NCBI GenBank assembly: GCA_040217195.1
Contig: JAVJNR010000008.1
Location: 128,001-192,000, forward strand
DNA length: 64,000 nucleotides
Direction of reading: 5' to 3'
DNA from: Leptospiraceae bacterium
GTDB taxonomy: Bacteria; Spirochaetota; Leptospiria; Leptospirales; Leptonemataceae
A model generated the notes under the pieces. It did no database searches and was not told the origin of the DNA. It saw only the letters and a list, made by a program, of their open reading frames with translations. Shown here piece after piece: positions 11,142 through 20,614 of the stretch; positions within the stretch are counted from its first letter, which is position 1, and every line of letters begins with the position of its first letter. The position numbers and the translations under genes were made by a program.

Positions 11142-11939
11142 ATGAAACGAAACTATATCCAGGGTTTTCAGGCCCTGACAGGGATTGCCCTGGCATCCAT
11201 TCTAGCCATACTAATATTCAGGGCAGGTAATCTGCATGCAGAGGAATTACCGCGGTACAACGAAGCGGTGCAGCTTTTCCAGCAGGGAAAATATGAGCAG
11301 TCCCTGGAGGCCATTCGCTCGGTTTTTGATGATCATAAATCCTCCTACGCATTCAGAGTTCTGGCTGCAGCAAACTATCTGGAGCAGGGAGATTATGCAA
11401 GCGCCGCATCCCACCTGAGATATTGCATGAAAGATCATCCAGGTCGGGCCGAGCCCCATGCACTGCTGGCAGCGGTATTTCGCAGATCCGGGCAGCCGGC
11501 CAAATCCCTGGCCCATATTCGAGACAACATTGGCAAATACCCGGACTCGGTGCAGATTCGCTGGGAAGCGGCTCTGGCCTATATTGCCCTGGATCGAGTG
11601 GAACCTGCAAGGATTCATGTAAGCAAAATACTTTCTGTGGATCCGAATCATTTTCGCGCCCTGTATCTGGATGGAGTTCTTTATCTGAAAGCAGGCGATC
11701 TGGAGAATGCTGAGTTCCGTCTGCGAAATGCGGCTCGTATTGGAACTTCGGATAAGAGGCTGCAATTTGGTCTTTTGAATAATCTGGGATTAACCCTGAG
11801 CCTTCTGGCCGCCCGTACCGATGGTGCCAGAAGGGCCGCTTACATTGAGCAGGCCAGGGAATACCTGGAGAAAGCAGCTGAGATCAGACCCGATGATCCA
11901 GCTCTAAAACGAAACCTGTCTACATTGCCTGCGTCCTGA
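11142..11939 (+). CDS. TPR-repeat exported protein
   Basis: Signal peptide and TPR helices (VDPNHFRALYLDGVLY, LLNNLG). Confidence 0.8.
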   Translation: MKRNYIQGFQALTGIALASILAILIFRAGNLHAEELPRYNEAVQLFQQGKYEQSLEAIRSVFDDHKSSYAFRVLAAANYLEQGDYASAASHLRYCMKDHPGRAEPHALLAAVFRRSGQPAKSLAHIRDNIGKYPDSVQIRWEAALAYIALDRVEPARIHVSKILSVDPNHFRALYLDGVLYLKAGDLENAEFRLRNAARIGTSDKRLQFGLLNNLGLTLSLLAARTDGARRAAYIEQAREYLEKAAEIRPDDPALKRNLSTLPAS

Positions 11940-13333
11940 TGATTACTACGGAACAAAAAACCGTAGCCATTCATACCCTGGGTTGCCGGCTCAATCAGTT
12001 CGAGTCAGATGGAATCATCGCCCGATTTCTGGATGAGGGTCAGAAGTATAGACTCATTAACCTGGAAAAAGGGCCAGACATAGCAATCATCAACACCTGT
12101 ACGGTAACGGATCAGGCTGAGTCCAGAAGCCGCGCTCTGGTTCGCAAGATACTGCGAAAGAATCCATCCAGCAAGATTGTAATTACAGGTTGCTACGCTC
12201 AGACCGATCCGGATCGCGTAGCTTCCATTCCAGGGGTCTTTGCAGTTATAGGAAATGATCGAAAGACCGGACTGAAAGGTATTGTGGAGGATCTGGAAAA
12301 AGGCATCCTTCCAGAGGGAAAGCCTGCGCAAACCACTGCACCGGTATTTTCCGCAGGAGGGCTGGATCGTCAGAAGGGCGAAAGCAAACGACCGGTGCTG
12401 GAAGATCCATTCGCATACGGTGATGTATTTCCTGTAGGTCACAGTCGTGCCTATTTAAAGATTCAGGATGGATGCGATAGACGTTGTAGCTATTGTAAGA
12501 TTCCAAGAGCCAGAGGAGGAGGGATATCCCGTTCCTTCGATGAAATCCTGGAGCATGTTAGTCGACTAAACGATCGGCGAATTCCAGAAATAGTAATTAC
12601 CGGTGTGAATCCCGGATGGTACAGAGATCAGGGTCGGTCCTTCAATCAATTGATCTTCGAAATACTTCAAAGACTGGATTACAGCCGACTACGACTGAGC
12701 AGCATTGAGCCCTGCGATGTGGATGAGCAACTGGCAGAGCTAAGTTTGCATCCTCGTTTCTGCAATTATTTCCATGTACCTCTTCAGAGCGGATCCCGAG
12801 AGATCCTGAGACTAATGCGCAGAACCTACTCTGCAGAAAGCTATCGCAAGAGGATGGAAACGGTACGAAGGGTTAATCCGGATGTATTTATGGGAACGGA
12901 TGTGATTACTGGATTTCCAGGTGAAGGCGAATCCCATTTTCAGGAAACCCTGGATCTGCTAAAGGATCTGGACATTGTTCAGGTTCATTGCTTTCCTTAT
13001 TCTCCAAGAGAAGGAACGGATGCTTTGAATCTTCCCGACCAGGTGGATCGCGGTGTGGCCAAACAAAGGGTTCGCACTCTGCAGGACTTTTCAGTAAGTC
13101 AATGGCAGAAGTACATAGCAGCCATGAATGCCCAGAAGAGGATTGGAGTCATAGAACAGCTGGACCAGGACAAACAACTGGGCACAGCTTTAAGCGATGA
13201 TTATGTTCGAATTCAATTCTCTACTGAAAATCGAAGTACCGAAGATCTGAAAGGAAGACTTGCCTGGTTTACTCTGGGGCAAGCGCAGAGCGATCGATCG
13301 GTCCAGGGAAAACTGGAAGAAGTCCTTCCCTGA
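11939..13333 (+). CDS. mtaB: tRNA t6A37 methylthiotransferase (radical SAM)
   Basis: HTLGCRLNQFES, INTCTVT, TGCYAQ, KIQDGCDRRCSYC (CxxxCxxC), RLSSIEP. Confidence 0.9.
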   Translation: MITTEQKTVAIHTLGCRLNQFESDGIIARFLDEGQKYRLINLEKGPDIAIINTCTVTDQAESRSRALVRKILRKNPSSKIVITGCYAQTDPDRVASIPGVFAVIGNDRKTGLKGIVEDLEKGILPEGKPAQTTAPVFSAGGLDRQKGESKRPVLEDPFAYGDVFPVGHSRAYLKIQDGCDRRCSYCKIPRARGGGISRSFDEILEHVSRLNDRRIPEIVITGVNPGWYRDQGRSFNQLIFEILQRLDYSRLRLSSIEPCDVDEQLAELSLHPRFCNYFHVPLQSGSREILRLMRRTYSAESYRKRMETVRRVNPDVFMGTDVITGFPGEGESHFQETLDLLKDLDIVQVHCFPYSPREGTDALNLPDQVDRGVAKQRVRTLQDFSVSQWQKYIAAMNAQKRIGVIEQLDQDKQLGTALSDDYVRIQFSTENRSTEDLKGRLAWFTLGQAQSDRSVQGKLEEVLP

Positions 13334-13397
13334 ATGCTTTGAGCCCCTTTGAACGCTTTGAATGCCTTGAGTGATTCAAGGCCTGGAACGAGTAATC

Positions 13398-14027
13398 CTA
13401 CATTTGATAATAGACCGTTTCTTCGAATTTCTCTGGATTCTTGAATAGAACAATTCCATACACGAATTCATTGATTTTCAATCGCTGGGAGATATTGTAC
13501 CCTGCTTCATCGATGAAATACTCCATGCGATCCCTGGATACCTTTTGCTGAATTTCAGGCCCGGATGGAGATTCTCTTCTTTCCCAGTCGATTACCACCA
13601 CCGGCCTTTCATCCTTTAGAACTCTGCCTATGCCTCGTAATGCAAGTGTGGGATCTGCAAAGGTAGACATAACACAGCTACAGAAGATCAAATCCATGGA
13701 TGGAATCCAGTCCGGAAGCAAAGGATGCTCGGTGCGCTCTACGTAAAAAGGGGTGAATCTTTCGATCTTTTCTTTTACCTTTCTCTGCAAACAGTAGTCT
13801 ATTAATAGCTCCTGACATTCGGCGCCCCAGACATGTCCGTCTTCTGGCAAATGCTTTAAAAAGGCATCCAGGAAGTAGCCGTTTCCCATGCCAAAATCCA
13901 GTACATTATGTGTATCATGCAGTGGAAGCTGGTTCAGGATGCGATTTACCGGAAACAGATCGGCCCGGGCCTGAGAGAGCAGGTATCGGTGATATTTAGG
14001 GTCTTCGTAAAATGGTAATCCGCGCAT
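13398..14027 (-). CDS. Class I SAM-dependent methyltransferase
   Basis: VLDFGMGNG motif I; VVIDW...SGP. Confidence 0.85.
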   Translation of the reverse strand: MRGLPFYEDPKYHRYLLSQARADLFPVNRILNQLPLHDTHNVLDFGMGNGYFLDAFLKHLPEDGHVWGAECQELLIDYCLQRKVKEKIERFTPFYVERTEHPLLPDWIPSMDLIFCSCVMSTFADPTLALRGIGRVLKDERPVVVIDWERRESPSGPEIQQKVSRDRMEYFIDEAGYNISQRLKINEFVYGIVLFKNPEKFEETVYYQM

Positions 14028-14130
14028 CTATGTTCACCGGTGCGGCCTTTATCGGCAGCTTTTTGCATGATCTGAATTGAATTTGCTAACTGGCAAGTCC
14101 GATAGTAGAGATAGGCTCAGACAGGAATAA

Positions 14131-16032
14131 ATGATGAGACGGTATTTTACACTTTGCATTGTCTTTGTGGCAATGGGCAGCCTCTTTGGTATTGAACGGC
14201 CGGACAAAATCCCGGGAATTGATCCTCTTCCCATGGCTCAGGGCGATGCCACTGGCATTTCAGACGAAAAACCAGCGGACAATCGGCCGGATGATGGCAT
14301 ACCCAACAATGAAAACACCGATCGACCGGATGGAGATAGCGGATTTCCCCGTGTAAGAAATCTAACGGTTACTCCGGATGCTCGTTATTCCAATTCTGCG
14401 AAGATCTCCTGGGAAGTGCATCCCGATCTATCCACCCGTCTTTATATTGTGCGATACAGTCGTCCCATCAGTACGCGAGAGCTACTTCTGGATTCCTACA
14501 ACCTGACTCCCAAACAACTGGAACCGGAGCAAACCACTTTCATAGACAAAGATATTCCTCAGGGAACGTATTATTATGCCATTGTGGCCAGCCATGAACT
14601 ATCCAAAGATGGTAGGCTCAAGCTTATCGCAGGTCAGAACTATACCGCTGTTCCATTCATAGTTGGCCGTCCTGGACCCACAGATTCCGAATCCTGCACC
14701 GCTGATAGGGACAGGGATTATCGCCCGGAAGAATTTCAGGTACTGGATATAGTGGCCATCAATACAGAGAAGGGAGTGGTTCTTAACTGGAAAAAACCTC
14801 CTGTTCCTGGCGTACGTTTTCATGTTTATCGCGGTCCGGATCCTCTGGATTCTGCGGAACGATTGGCCAAAGCGACTCGCCTGGGAGATGCAAGAGAGGA
14901 AAGTCCATTCTTCGAAGATACCAGCCCGGAAGATGGAAACCAGGTCTATTATGGTGTTTCTGTATTTGACTGCGTAAATAACAAAGAGTATCCGCTGTTA
15001 ACGTTGAATGAATCCTACATCAGTCATACCTATGTAAGGCCTGAGCGAAAGGTTCAGTTTGATAGCTTCCTTCCAGGCTCTTTGATGGCCTATCTGGCAA
15101 GCAAAGATACGATTCGACTTCTATGGGTGGATCCAGGTCCTGCTATTAAGGACTATGAGGTGTATCGCTCCTCGGAGCCCATCCAGGATCTTTCGGCCCT
15201 GACGCGTGCCAAGCAAATAGGTACAGTGGAAAATGGCGCCAACGGTTTCACCGATACAGGATTGAAGCCCGGTCAATATTTCTATGCATTGATTCCAAGG
15301 TCTACATCTGGAAGAAAGATTATGGAGCTTCAGGCAGGCAGGACTTTTACCGCCTTCGGGGTTTCCATTCGCGGCGGATCCTTCGATCCAGATAAACCGA
15401 ACCTATTCGAGACTCCAGGCGACGGACGAATCAAAGATCTGAGTGCAACGGTAGAAGGGGATTCGGTAATCTTCGAATGGAAGTTTGGCTCCGGTGTTAC
15501 CGAAGAGGATGTGCAGCTATTTCTGTATCGTAGCAAAGAGCCTCTGCCGGACATCCAGGCCATAGAACGCACCGGAGTGTTTCTGGCCGAGATTCCTACA
15601 TCCGCTCGCAGATATCTGGATCGCACCGGTGGTCAGCGCTACTACTATGCATTCGTAGAAAACTATCCTGCGAAGAAAAAAACCAATGTCTATCATACTC
15701 CAAAGCCTCTGGGGCCAGTAACTACTACAGAACCAGAGACCACAGAGACGGATACCAAACCTGGCGCCGATGATAGACTGAGACAGATCCTGGGCAAAAC
15801 CTATGCGATGCAAAAATACCAGGATTGTGTGGATGAGGTACGTAACTTTCTACAGGAAAAGGATCTTCCTGCAGAAGTGCGAGTGAAGGCACTCTTCTAT
15901 CAGGGACAGAGCTACTATTTCACCGGGCAGTATAACCAGGCCCGAGATATTTTTACCCGGAAGGATGTGATCGATCAATTTGGGGATCGGGCATTGTTCT
16001 GGTACCGACGAATCCTGGAGAGGACTGAATAA
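14131..16032 (+). CDS. Exported protein with repeated FN3-like beta domains and C-terminal TPR
   Basis: Signal peptide; four W...(V/L)(Y/V)R..P...(F/Y).D..YYYA-type repeats; ALFYQGQSYY TPR. Confidence 0.7.
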   Translation: MMRRYFTLCIVFVAMGSLFGIERPDKIPGIDPLPMAQGDATGISDEKPADNRPDDGIPNNENTDRPDGDSGFPRVRNLTVTPDARYSNSAKISWEVHPDLSTRLYIVRYSRPISTRELLLDSYNLTPKQLEPEQTTFIDKDIPQGTYYYAIVASHELSKDGRLKLIAGQNYTAVPFIVGRPGPTDSESCTADRDRDYRPEEFQVLDIVAINTEKGVVLNWKKPPVPGVRFHVYRGPDPLDSAERLAKATRLGDAREESPFFEDTSPEDGNQVYYGVSVFDCVNNKEYPLLTLNESYISHTYVRPERKVQFDSFLPGSLMAYLASKDTIRLLWVDPGPAIKDYEVYRSSEPIQDLSALTRAKQIGTVENGANGFTDTGLKPGQYFYALIPRSTSGRKIMELQAGRTFTAFGVSIRGGSFDPDKPNLFETPGDGRIKDLSATVEGDSVIFEWKFGSGVTEEDVQLFLYRSKEPLPDIQAIERTGVFLAEIPTSARRYLDRTGGQRYYYAFVENYPAKKKTNVYHTPKPLGPVTTTEPETTETDTKPGADDRLRQILGKTYAMQKYQDCVDEVRNFLQEKDLPAEVRVKALFYQGQSYYFTGQYNQARDIFTRKDVIDQFGDRALFWYRRILERTE

Positions 16033-17237
16033 TGTTATCGGCACAAAGAGCAATTTTTATCGCGGGGCTGCTGTTTCTCACCGCCGGAACTTCCTTTCTG
16101 GCTCTGGATCAATGGCGCTTTAGCCGGGTTCTGGGAGAAATGAATCTGGCTGGAAGCCCGGATGCAAGAGAGCAGATGAGAATGGAAGAGGGCATGAGCG
16201 ATCTGCGGGAAGCAGAGGAGTATCTGGCACAGAACTCTCTGGAATCCGCTCAGAAAGCCCATGATCGTTTTGTGCATGTTCTTTCCAGGGATCTGAACAA
16301 GGATGTGAATCAAAGGGCTTCCTACGGAATTGCAGCCAGTCTGGATCGACTGGGTGATCGGAACCGAGCTGTGGAGCATCTAAGGCTTCTACGTGATGAA
16401 GGGGTGAAAGATCCACTTCTAAGAGAAAAGACGGAATACCTTCTGGGCCGGCTGTTGATTCTATTTGGTCACGATGAAGAAGGAAAATCCATCCTTCAGG
16501 AGTTGCTGGCAAAAACCCAGAACCGGCTGATCAAATCCAGGATTCATACTACCTTTGGCGATTACTACCGACTTACAGGACAGAAAACAAAGGCAGAAAG
16601 AAACTATAGGATTGCTCTGGAATACAGTCCTGGTAACCTTCATGCAGAAGTGGAAAGAGCAGAGATGCTGGATGGGGATCCGCGCAGCAATTACTACTAT
16701 CATGAGGATTATCTGATCGATTCCAGTCTTCGAAAGAAGAAAGAAACCAAACAGACTACCACTACCAGGCCTTCCAGAAATCCCAGAAAGGATGAAAACA
16801 AAGGTAAGGAAGAAACCGAGAAGCCAGCCAAAGGAAATGCCAGGGAGCTGTACGAGCAGGGAATTAAACATTTTCGTGACAAACAGTACCCGGAAGCGGT
16901 TTCTAAATTCCAGGCGGCCCTTAAAGCCGGGCCAGATTCTGATCTTCGAGAGAATATATTGTATAGAATGGCCCTTAGTTTGAGCGCCGGTGGCGAAAAG
17001 AGCAAAGCTCTGGAGCTGTTTTCTGCGGTGATAGAGAATCCTTCCCTGCTACTTGACCAGGCGGCATACATCCAAAGGGGTATAATACTGTTCGATCGAG
17101 CTCAGGTGAAGGATGCCTACGAAGAATTCAAGCGTGCATCGTCTCAATTTCCAGATGGAGCCTATACGAACAAAGCTCTGGAATGGCAAAGAGAAGCGGA
17201 AAACATACTTCAGGATAGAGAGCGTTTAAAAAACTAG
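16032..17237 (+). CDS. Membrane-anchored TPR protein
   Basis: N-terminal TM, multiple TPR helices, C-terminal QFPDGAY motif. Confidence 0.8.
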   Translation: MLSAQRAIFIAGLLFLTAGTSFLALDQWRFSRVLGEMNLAGSPDAREQMRMEEGMSDLREAEEYLAQNSLESAQKAHDRFVHVLSRDLNKDVNQRASYGIAASLDRLGDRNRAVEHLRLLRDEGVKDPLLREKTEYLLGRLLILFGHDEEGKSILQELLAKTQNRLIKSRIHTTFGDYYRLTGQKTKAERNYRIALEYSPGNLHAEVERAEMLDGDPRSNYYYHEDYLIDSSLRKKKETKQTTTTRPSRNPRKDENKGKEETEKPAKGNARELYEQGIKHFRDKQYPEAVSKFQAALKAGPDSDLRENILYRMALSLSAGGEKSKALELFSAVIENPSLLLDQAAYIQRGIILFDRAQVKDAYEEFKRASSQFPDGAYTNKALEWQREAENILQDRERLKN

Positions 17238-17268
17238 ACCAGGTATTTAAATACCTGTCAAAATTAAC

Positions 17269-17297
17269 AGGTTCGCACATTGCTGCGGACCTTTTTT
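17269..17297 (+). terminator. Intrinsic terminator
   Basis: AGGTTCGCA-loop-TGCGGACCT stem followed by a T-run, 32 nt after the TPR gene stop. Confidence 0.7.
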
Positions 17298-17532
17298 ATG
17301 CCTTCATGGCATCTAAAAGCGCTGAGTATCGCAGCAAGTTGATTCAATACTAACTTCCAGGGAAAGTAACTTCGCCTTTTCATTCTTCAGCTAAGATCAA
17401 AGGATTAGTTTCCCATCCCCCCCATAGGCATGGCTGGAAACGTCGCAAAAAATTTACTGATGTGGACGCGAATTTCATAATCGAGTTGCATCATCGTGCC
17501 TGAATTTTTTTATGCGAACTGGAGTCAGTCAA

Positions 17533-18057
17533 ATGAGTAACGCTACCAGAAAGAAATACAATAAGAACATCACTGAAGGTATCAAACAGAGTAAGCGCGA
17601 GTACGCGGTCCGGTATTATGCCGAGCGAGATTATCGTAAGGATGATGCTACCGGAGGCGTGGATGCAAAAGAACTGAAGAAGAACTGGAAACATGTGGTT
17701 TCATACAGCATGTCTGAAGGGGATCTGGCACAGAAGCTTGCTACTTCCGTTACCTATATTCGCTATCTGCGCAGAAAGGTAGCAATCTGCCAGAAGCATG
17801 GCGTATCCGATGCGGCCGAAATATACAAACTATCCGCCGGCGTAGGCGAAAAAACATTAAAAGCATTCTTTGAGTCCAAAGGGAAGTCTGGCAGCAAAGG
17901 AACTCCGGCCAGCAAGAAAAAAGCTTCCGGGAAGAAGTCGGCCAAAAAGAAAGCAGCCAAGAAATCTAAGAAGTCCGCCAAGAAGAGCAAGAAGACTGCT
18001 AAAAAGAAAGCGGCCAAGAAGTCCAAAAAGGCTGCTAAGAAAAAAGCCCGCAAATAA
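17533..18057 (+). CDS. Hypothetical protein with Lys/Ala-rich histone H1-like C-terminal tail
   Basis: GGAG at 17521 precedes ATG 17533; tail KKSAKKKAAKKSKKSAKKSKKTAKKKAAKK. Confidence 0.75.
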   Translation: MSNATRKKYNKNITEGIKQSKREYAVRYYAERDYRKDDATGGVDAKELKKNWKHVVSYSMSEGDLAQKLATSVTYIRYLRRKVAICQKHGVSDAAEIYKLSAGVGEKTLKAFFESKGKSGSKGTPASKKKASGKKSAKKKAAKKSKKSAKKSKKTAKKKAAKKSKKAAKKKARK

Positions 18058-18163
18058 AGCGGGCCTGTATGGTCTCTCCTGGCCGGTGAATTCTGGCAGC
18101 AGGGACCGCTACCGGGCAAAAATGCTTTACGGCCAGAGGCCTGAAAAAGACACTGCATTCAAC

Positions 18164-18237
18164 GGGTCAGTAGCTCAGTTGGTTAGAGCACTTCTCTGAT
18201 AAGGAAGGGGTCGGAAGTTCGAGTCTTCCCTGACCCA
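18164..18237 (+). tRNA. tRNA-Ile(GAT)
   Basis: GGGTCAG/CTGACCC acceptor stem, TAGCTCAGTTGGTTAGAGC D-arm, anticodon loop CTGATAA, GTTCGAGT T-loop; CCA not encoded. Confidence 0.97.
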
Positions 18238-18378
18238 AATCCCCTCCAGTTTCCTCAAACAATAGTTCTTTCGTTTCATTCCGTAGAAAGAACTGTCCAT
18301 TCAAGATTAATTAGCAGATCAGACCAGCTCGAATCCCGGTGATTGGATTTCTCAGAGTCAGAGTTTTATCTGGCAAAG

Positions 18379-19551
18379 TCAGGGCGAATCCCCGGCCAGT
18401 AGAGATTCTGTGTAGATTGCAATTCCCCGCGGTCCGTTGCCAGTGGATACCAGTCCATTGGAAGTTAAGATACCGGTGGATCCAATGGAAAACATATTGA
18501 TGTTGTCCGGCGTAGAATTGGAGACGTAGACGTATCGACCGGTGGGATCGATGTCCATATGAATGGAGCCTGAGCCCCCCGTAGGTACAGAATTTGGGGA
18601 ATTATCGCTTAGCTGCCCATCGGCTGCTATGTTATACATTCGCACAGTTAGAGCTCCGGACTGCCAGCAATTTACAAATAGGTATCTGGATTGTGCGTCC
18701 ACCACTACTTCGGCAGGCCATGTATCTGTGCCCACCGTGGCCGGAGATAGGGGAGTCAGCGCTCCGGATGAGCTATTTACGCTGAACATCCGCACCAGAT
18801 TGCTGCTCTGGCTGGTAACATATAGATACTGTAAATCACCGGTGAGGGTCAGTCCATTTGGCTGCGAACCTCCGGTGCTGGCGCTTCCAATGTAGGTTAA
18901 AGCCCCGCTGGTTATGGTATGAATGCGAATCTCGGATCCGCTGGAGCATAGTGCATAGAGATAGTTGCCATTTGGATGAATTTCCAGTTCCCGTGCTGCA
19001 CCGCAGCCAGCAAGGCTACTGGAAAATGTCCACTGGCCGGTGGAAGGATCGATATCATAGATCTCAATTTGGGCCGTAGCATTAAAACCCACATAACCGT
19101 ACAGACCGGAAGGATGAACCGCTATTGCAATGGGCTGACTGCCCGAAGTAGCTACATTAAATGGACTTAGCTGAGAAAGCTGGCCATCGCTTCCAATGCG
19201 AAACATGCTAATGTTATCTGCACTCTGGTTCGTGGCATATAGAAATTGTCCGTTGGGATGAATTATCGGATAGCCGGTATTGGCTCCTCCGCTTGCAATA
19301 GTGGCTGGAGACAGGGCTGTCCAGACTCCAGTGGAATCATCCACGGAATACATTCCAATAGAAGCATCACCCTGATTGGCAACATAAGCGTATTTAAGCA
19401 CTGTGGTGTTACTCAAAGCGGCGCCCAGCAGAAGCAGACTGGAAAAGTCTTTCTCGTTTTCATTTCCAGTTAGTCCGAAATCGAAAACCGGATGCAAAAC
19501 GCATTGTGGTAACAGAAATGCAGATAGAATAATGGAAAGATAGATCTTCAG
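18379..19551 (-). CDS. Lactonase-family (YVTN/6-phosphogluconolactonase-like) beta-propeller lipoprotein
   Basis: Repeated HP.G.(F/Y)LY blades. Extending the frame 18 codons past the track start gives MKIYLSIILSAFLLPQC (lipobox) from a CTG at 19551 with AGGAG 7 nt upstream. Confidence 0.8.
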   Translation of the reverse strand: MKIYLSIILSAFLLPQCVLHPVFDFGLTGNENEKDFSSLLLLGAALSNTTVLKYAYVANQGDASIGMYSVDDSTGVWTALSPATIASGGANTGYPIIHPNGQFLYATNQSADNISMFRIGSDGQLSQLSPFNVATSGSQPIAIAVHPSGLYGYVGFNATAQIEIYDIDPSTGQWTFSSSLAGCGAARELEIHPNGNYLYALCSSGSEIRIHTITSGALTYIGSASTGGSQPNGLTLTGDLQYLYVTSQSSNLVRMFSVNSSSGALTPLSPATVGTDTWPAEVVVDAQSRYLFVNCWQSGALTVRMYNIAADGQLSDNSPNSVPTGGSGSIHMDIDPTGRYVYVSNSTPDNINMFSIGSTGILTSNGLVSTGNGPRGIAIYTESLLAGDSP

Positions 19552-19867
19552 AGCCTGACTCCTGAACTAAGATTGAAACCTCTACTATTGAATCGTCACT
19601 TTCCATTCCTTCCACTATTTTTCCTGAAATCAGTGCCCCCTGGGGACCGCTTTCGACGGAATCGGTGTCTCATTAGAGCTGCACTACGATAATAGGACAT
19701 GGATCCGGGATGCTAATTCGCATTCAGCCACTTCATTCGACACTCAATGAACAATGCTGCATTCGAAATAAGATAAGCCCACATCTGGTATCCCGCTTCT
19801 CCGGGGCGATGCATGGTGCTGTCCAGGATACAGTGCATCTCATAGGAGCGGCTGCAATGCAATGGTG

Positions 19868-20195
19868 TGTCTACGTAGGGGACATTCGCTTTCCTGGCGA
19901 CAGAAACGCAGTAGAAAAAGCCATCCGACCATCCGTCGTAGGGCGAAAGAACTGGCTATTTTCTGGAAACGAGACAGGAGCCGCGGCCAGTCCTGCTAAG
20001 TCTTCGGTGTTACAAACCGCCCGAGCTAAGGGCCTGGACTCCTACTGGCATTTCGAGTATCTCCTCAAAAAAACTCCAGCATTCTCCGAGTCATTCGGAC
20101 CTGGAGGGACGGCTCCCACAGCAGATTCATCCTACAATTATTACCGAATATCAGAAGGGGCCCAGTTAGTCCAGAGGGGAGGGTTTGGCGCTTAC
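19868..20195 (+). pseudogene. Degenerate 3' remnant of an IS66 (tnpC C-terminus plus terminal inverted repeat)
   Basis: Encodes NAVEKAIRPSVVGRKNWLFSGNETGA...GLDSYWHF, then frameshifts; ends TTAGTCCAGAGGGGAGGGTTTGGCGCTTAC, nearly identical to the reverse complement of the intact element's end at 20589. Confidence 0.9.
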
Positions 20196-20282
20196 TTACC
20201 CATTGGACTCTTACATCTCTGCTTGGACCATAATACTTTTGCCTGTACGCAACAATGCGCGCATTCTCTTCGCCCATTTGCC

Positions 20283-20588
20283 TCAATCACAATCTGCATA
20301 CATGGCCAGGTTCGTTGCATATGGTTGATCATCGGCGACTGCTACAAAACGTCCCTTTTCGTAAGTTACCGAAGTCCAGGGCTGAGCCACCGGAATGGAC
20401 CGTTGTGTCCATACTTTACCGTCCGGCGAAGTCAGAACAGCACTCTCGATTGCACCATCCATCAATGTGTAGCCAACAGCTACAAAGAGTCCGTCGCCGT
20501 AGGTGATGCCAGATACTCGCGTCGATTGCAAAACGGGGGACCCGATCTCTGTCCAGCTGCGACCGTCGTGTGACCAGGCTATAACCTC
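20283..20588 (-). pseudogene. 3' part of the BNR/WD40-like beta-propeller lipoprotein interrupted by IS66
   Basis: In frame with 22901-23682 once the IS and one TSD are removed (…GDEV|IAWSHDGRSWTEIG…ITYGDGLFVAVG…YADCD*). Confidence 0.9.
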
Positions 20589-20614
20589 GTAAGCGCCAAA
20601 TCCTCCCCTCTGGA

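Noticed and set aside
13331..13385. 9-nt degenerate repeats (TGAATGCTT-like) after mtaB
   Set aside because: Short low-complexity repeats and a hairpin between convergent genes; probably terminator-related.
19710..20573. 287-aa + strand ORF in the track
   Set aside because: Chimeric read-through of the IS66 remnant into the antisense strand of the lipoprotein 3' fragment; not a real gene.
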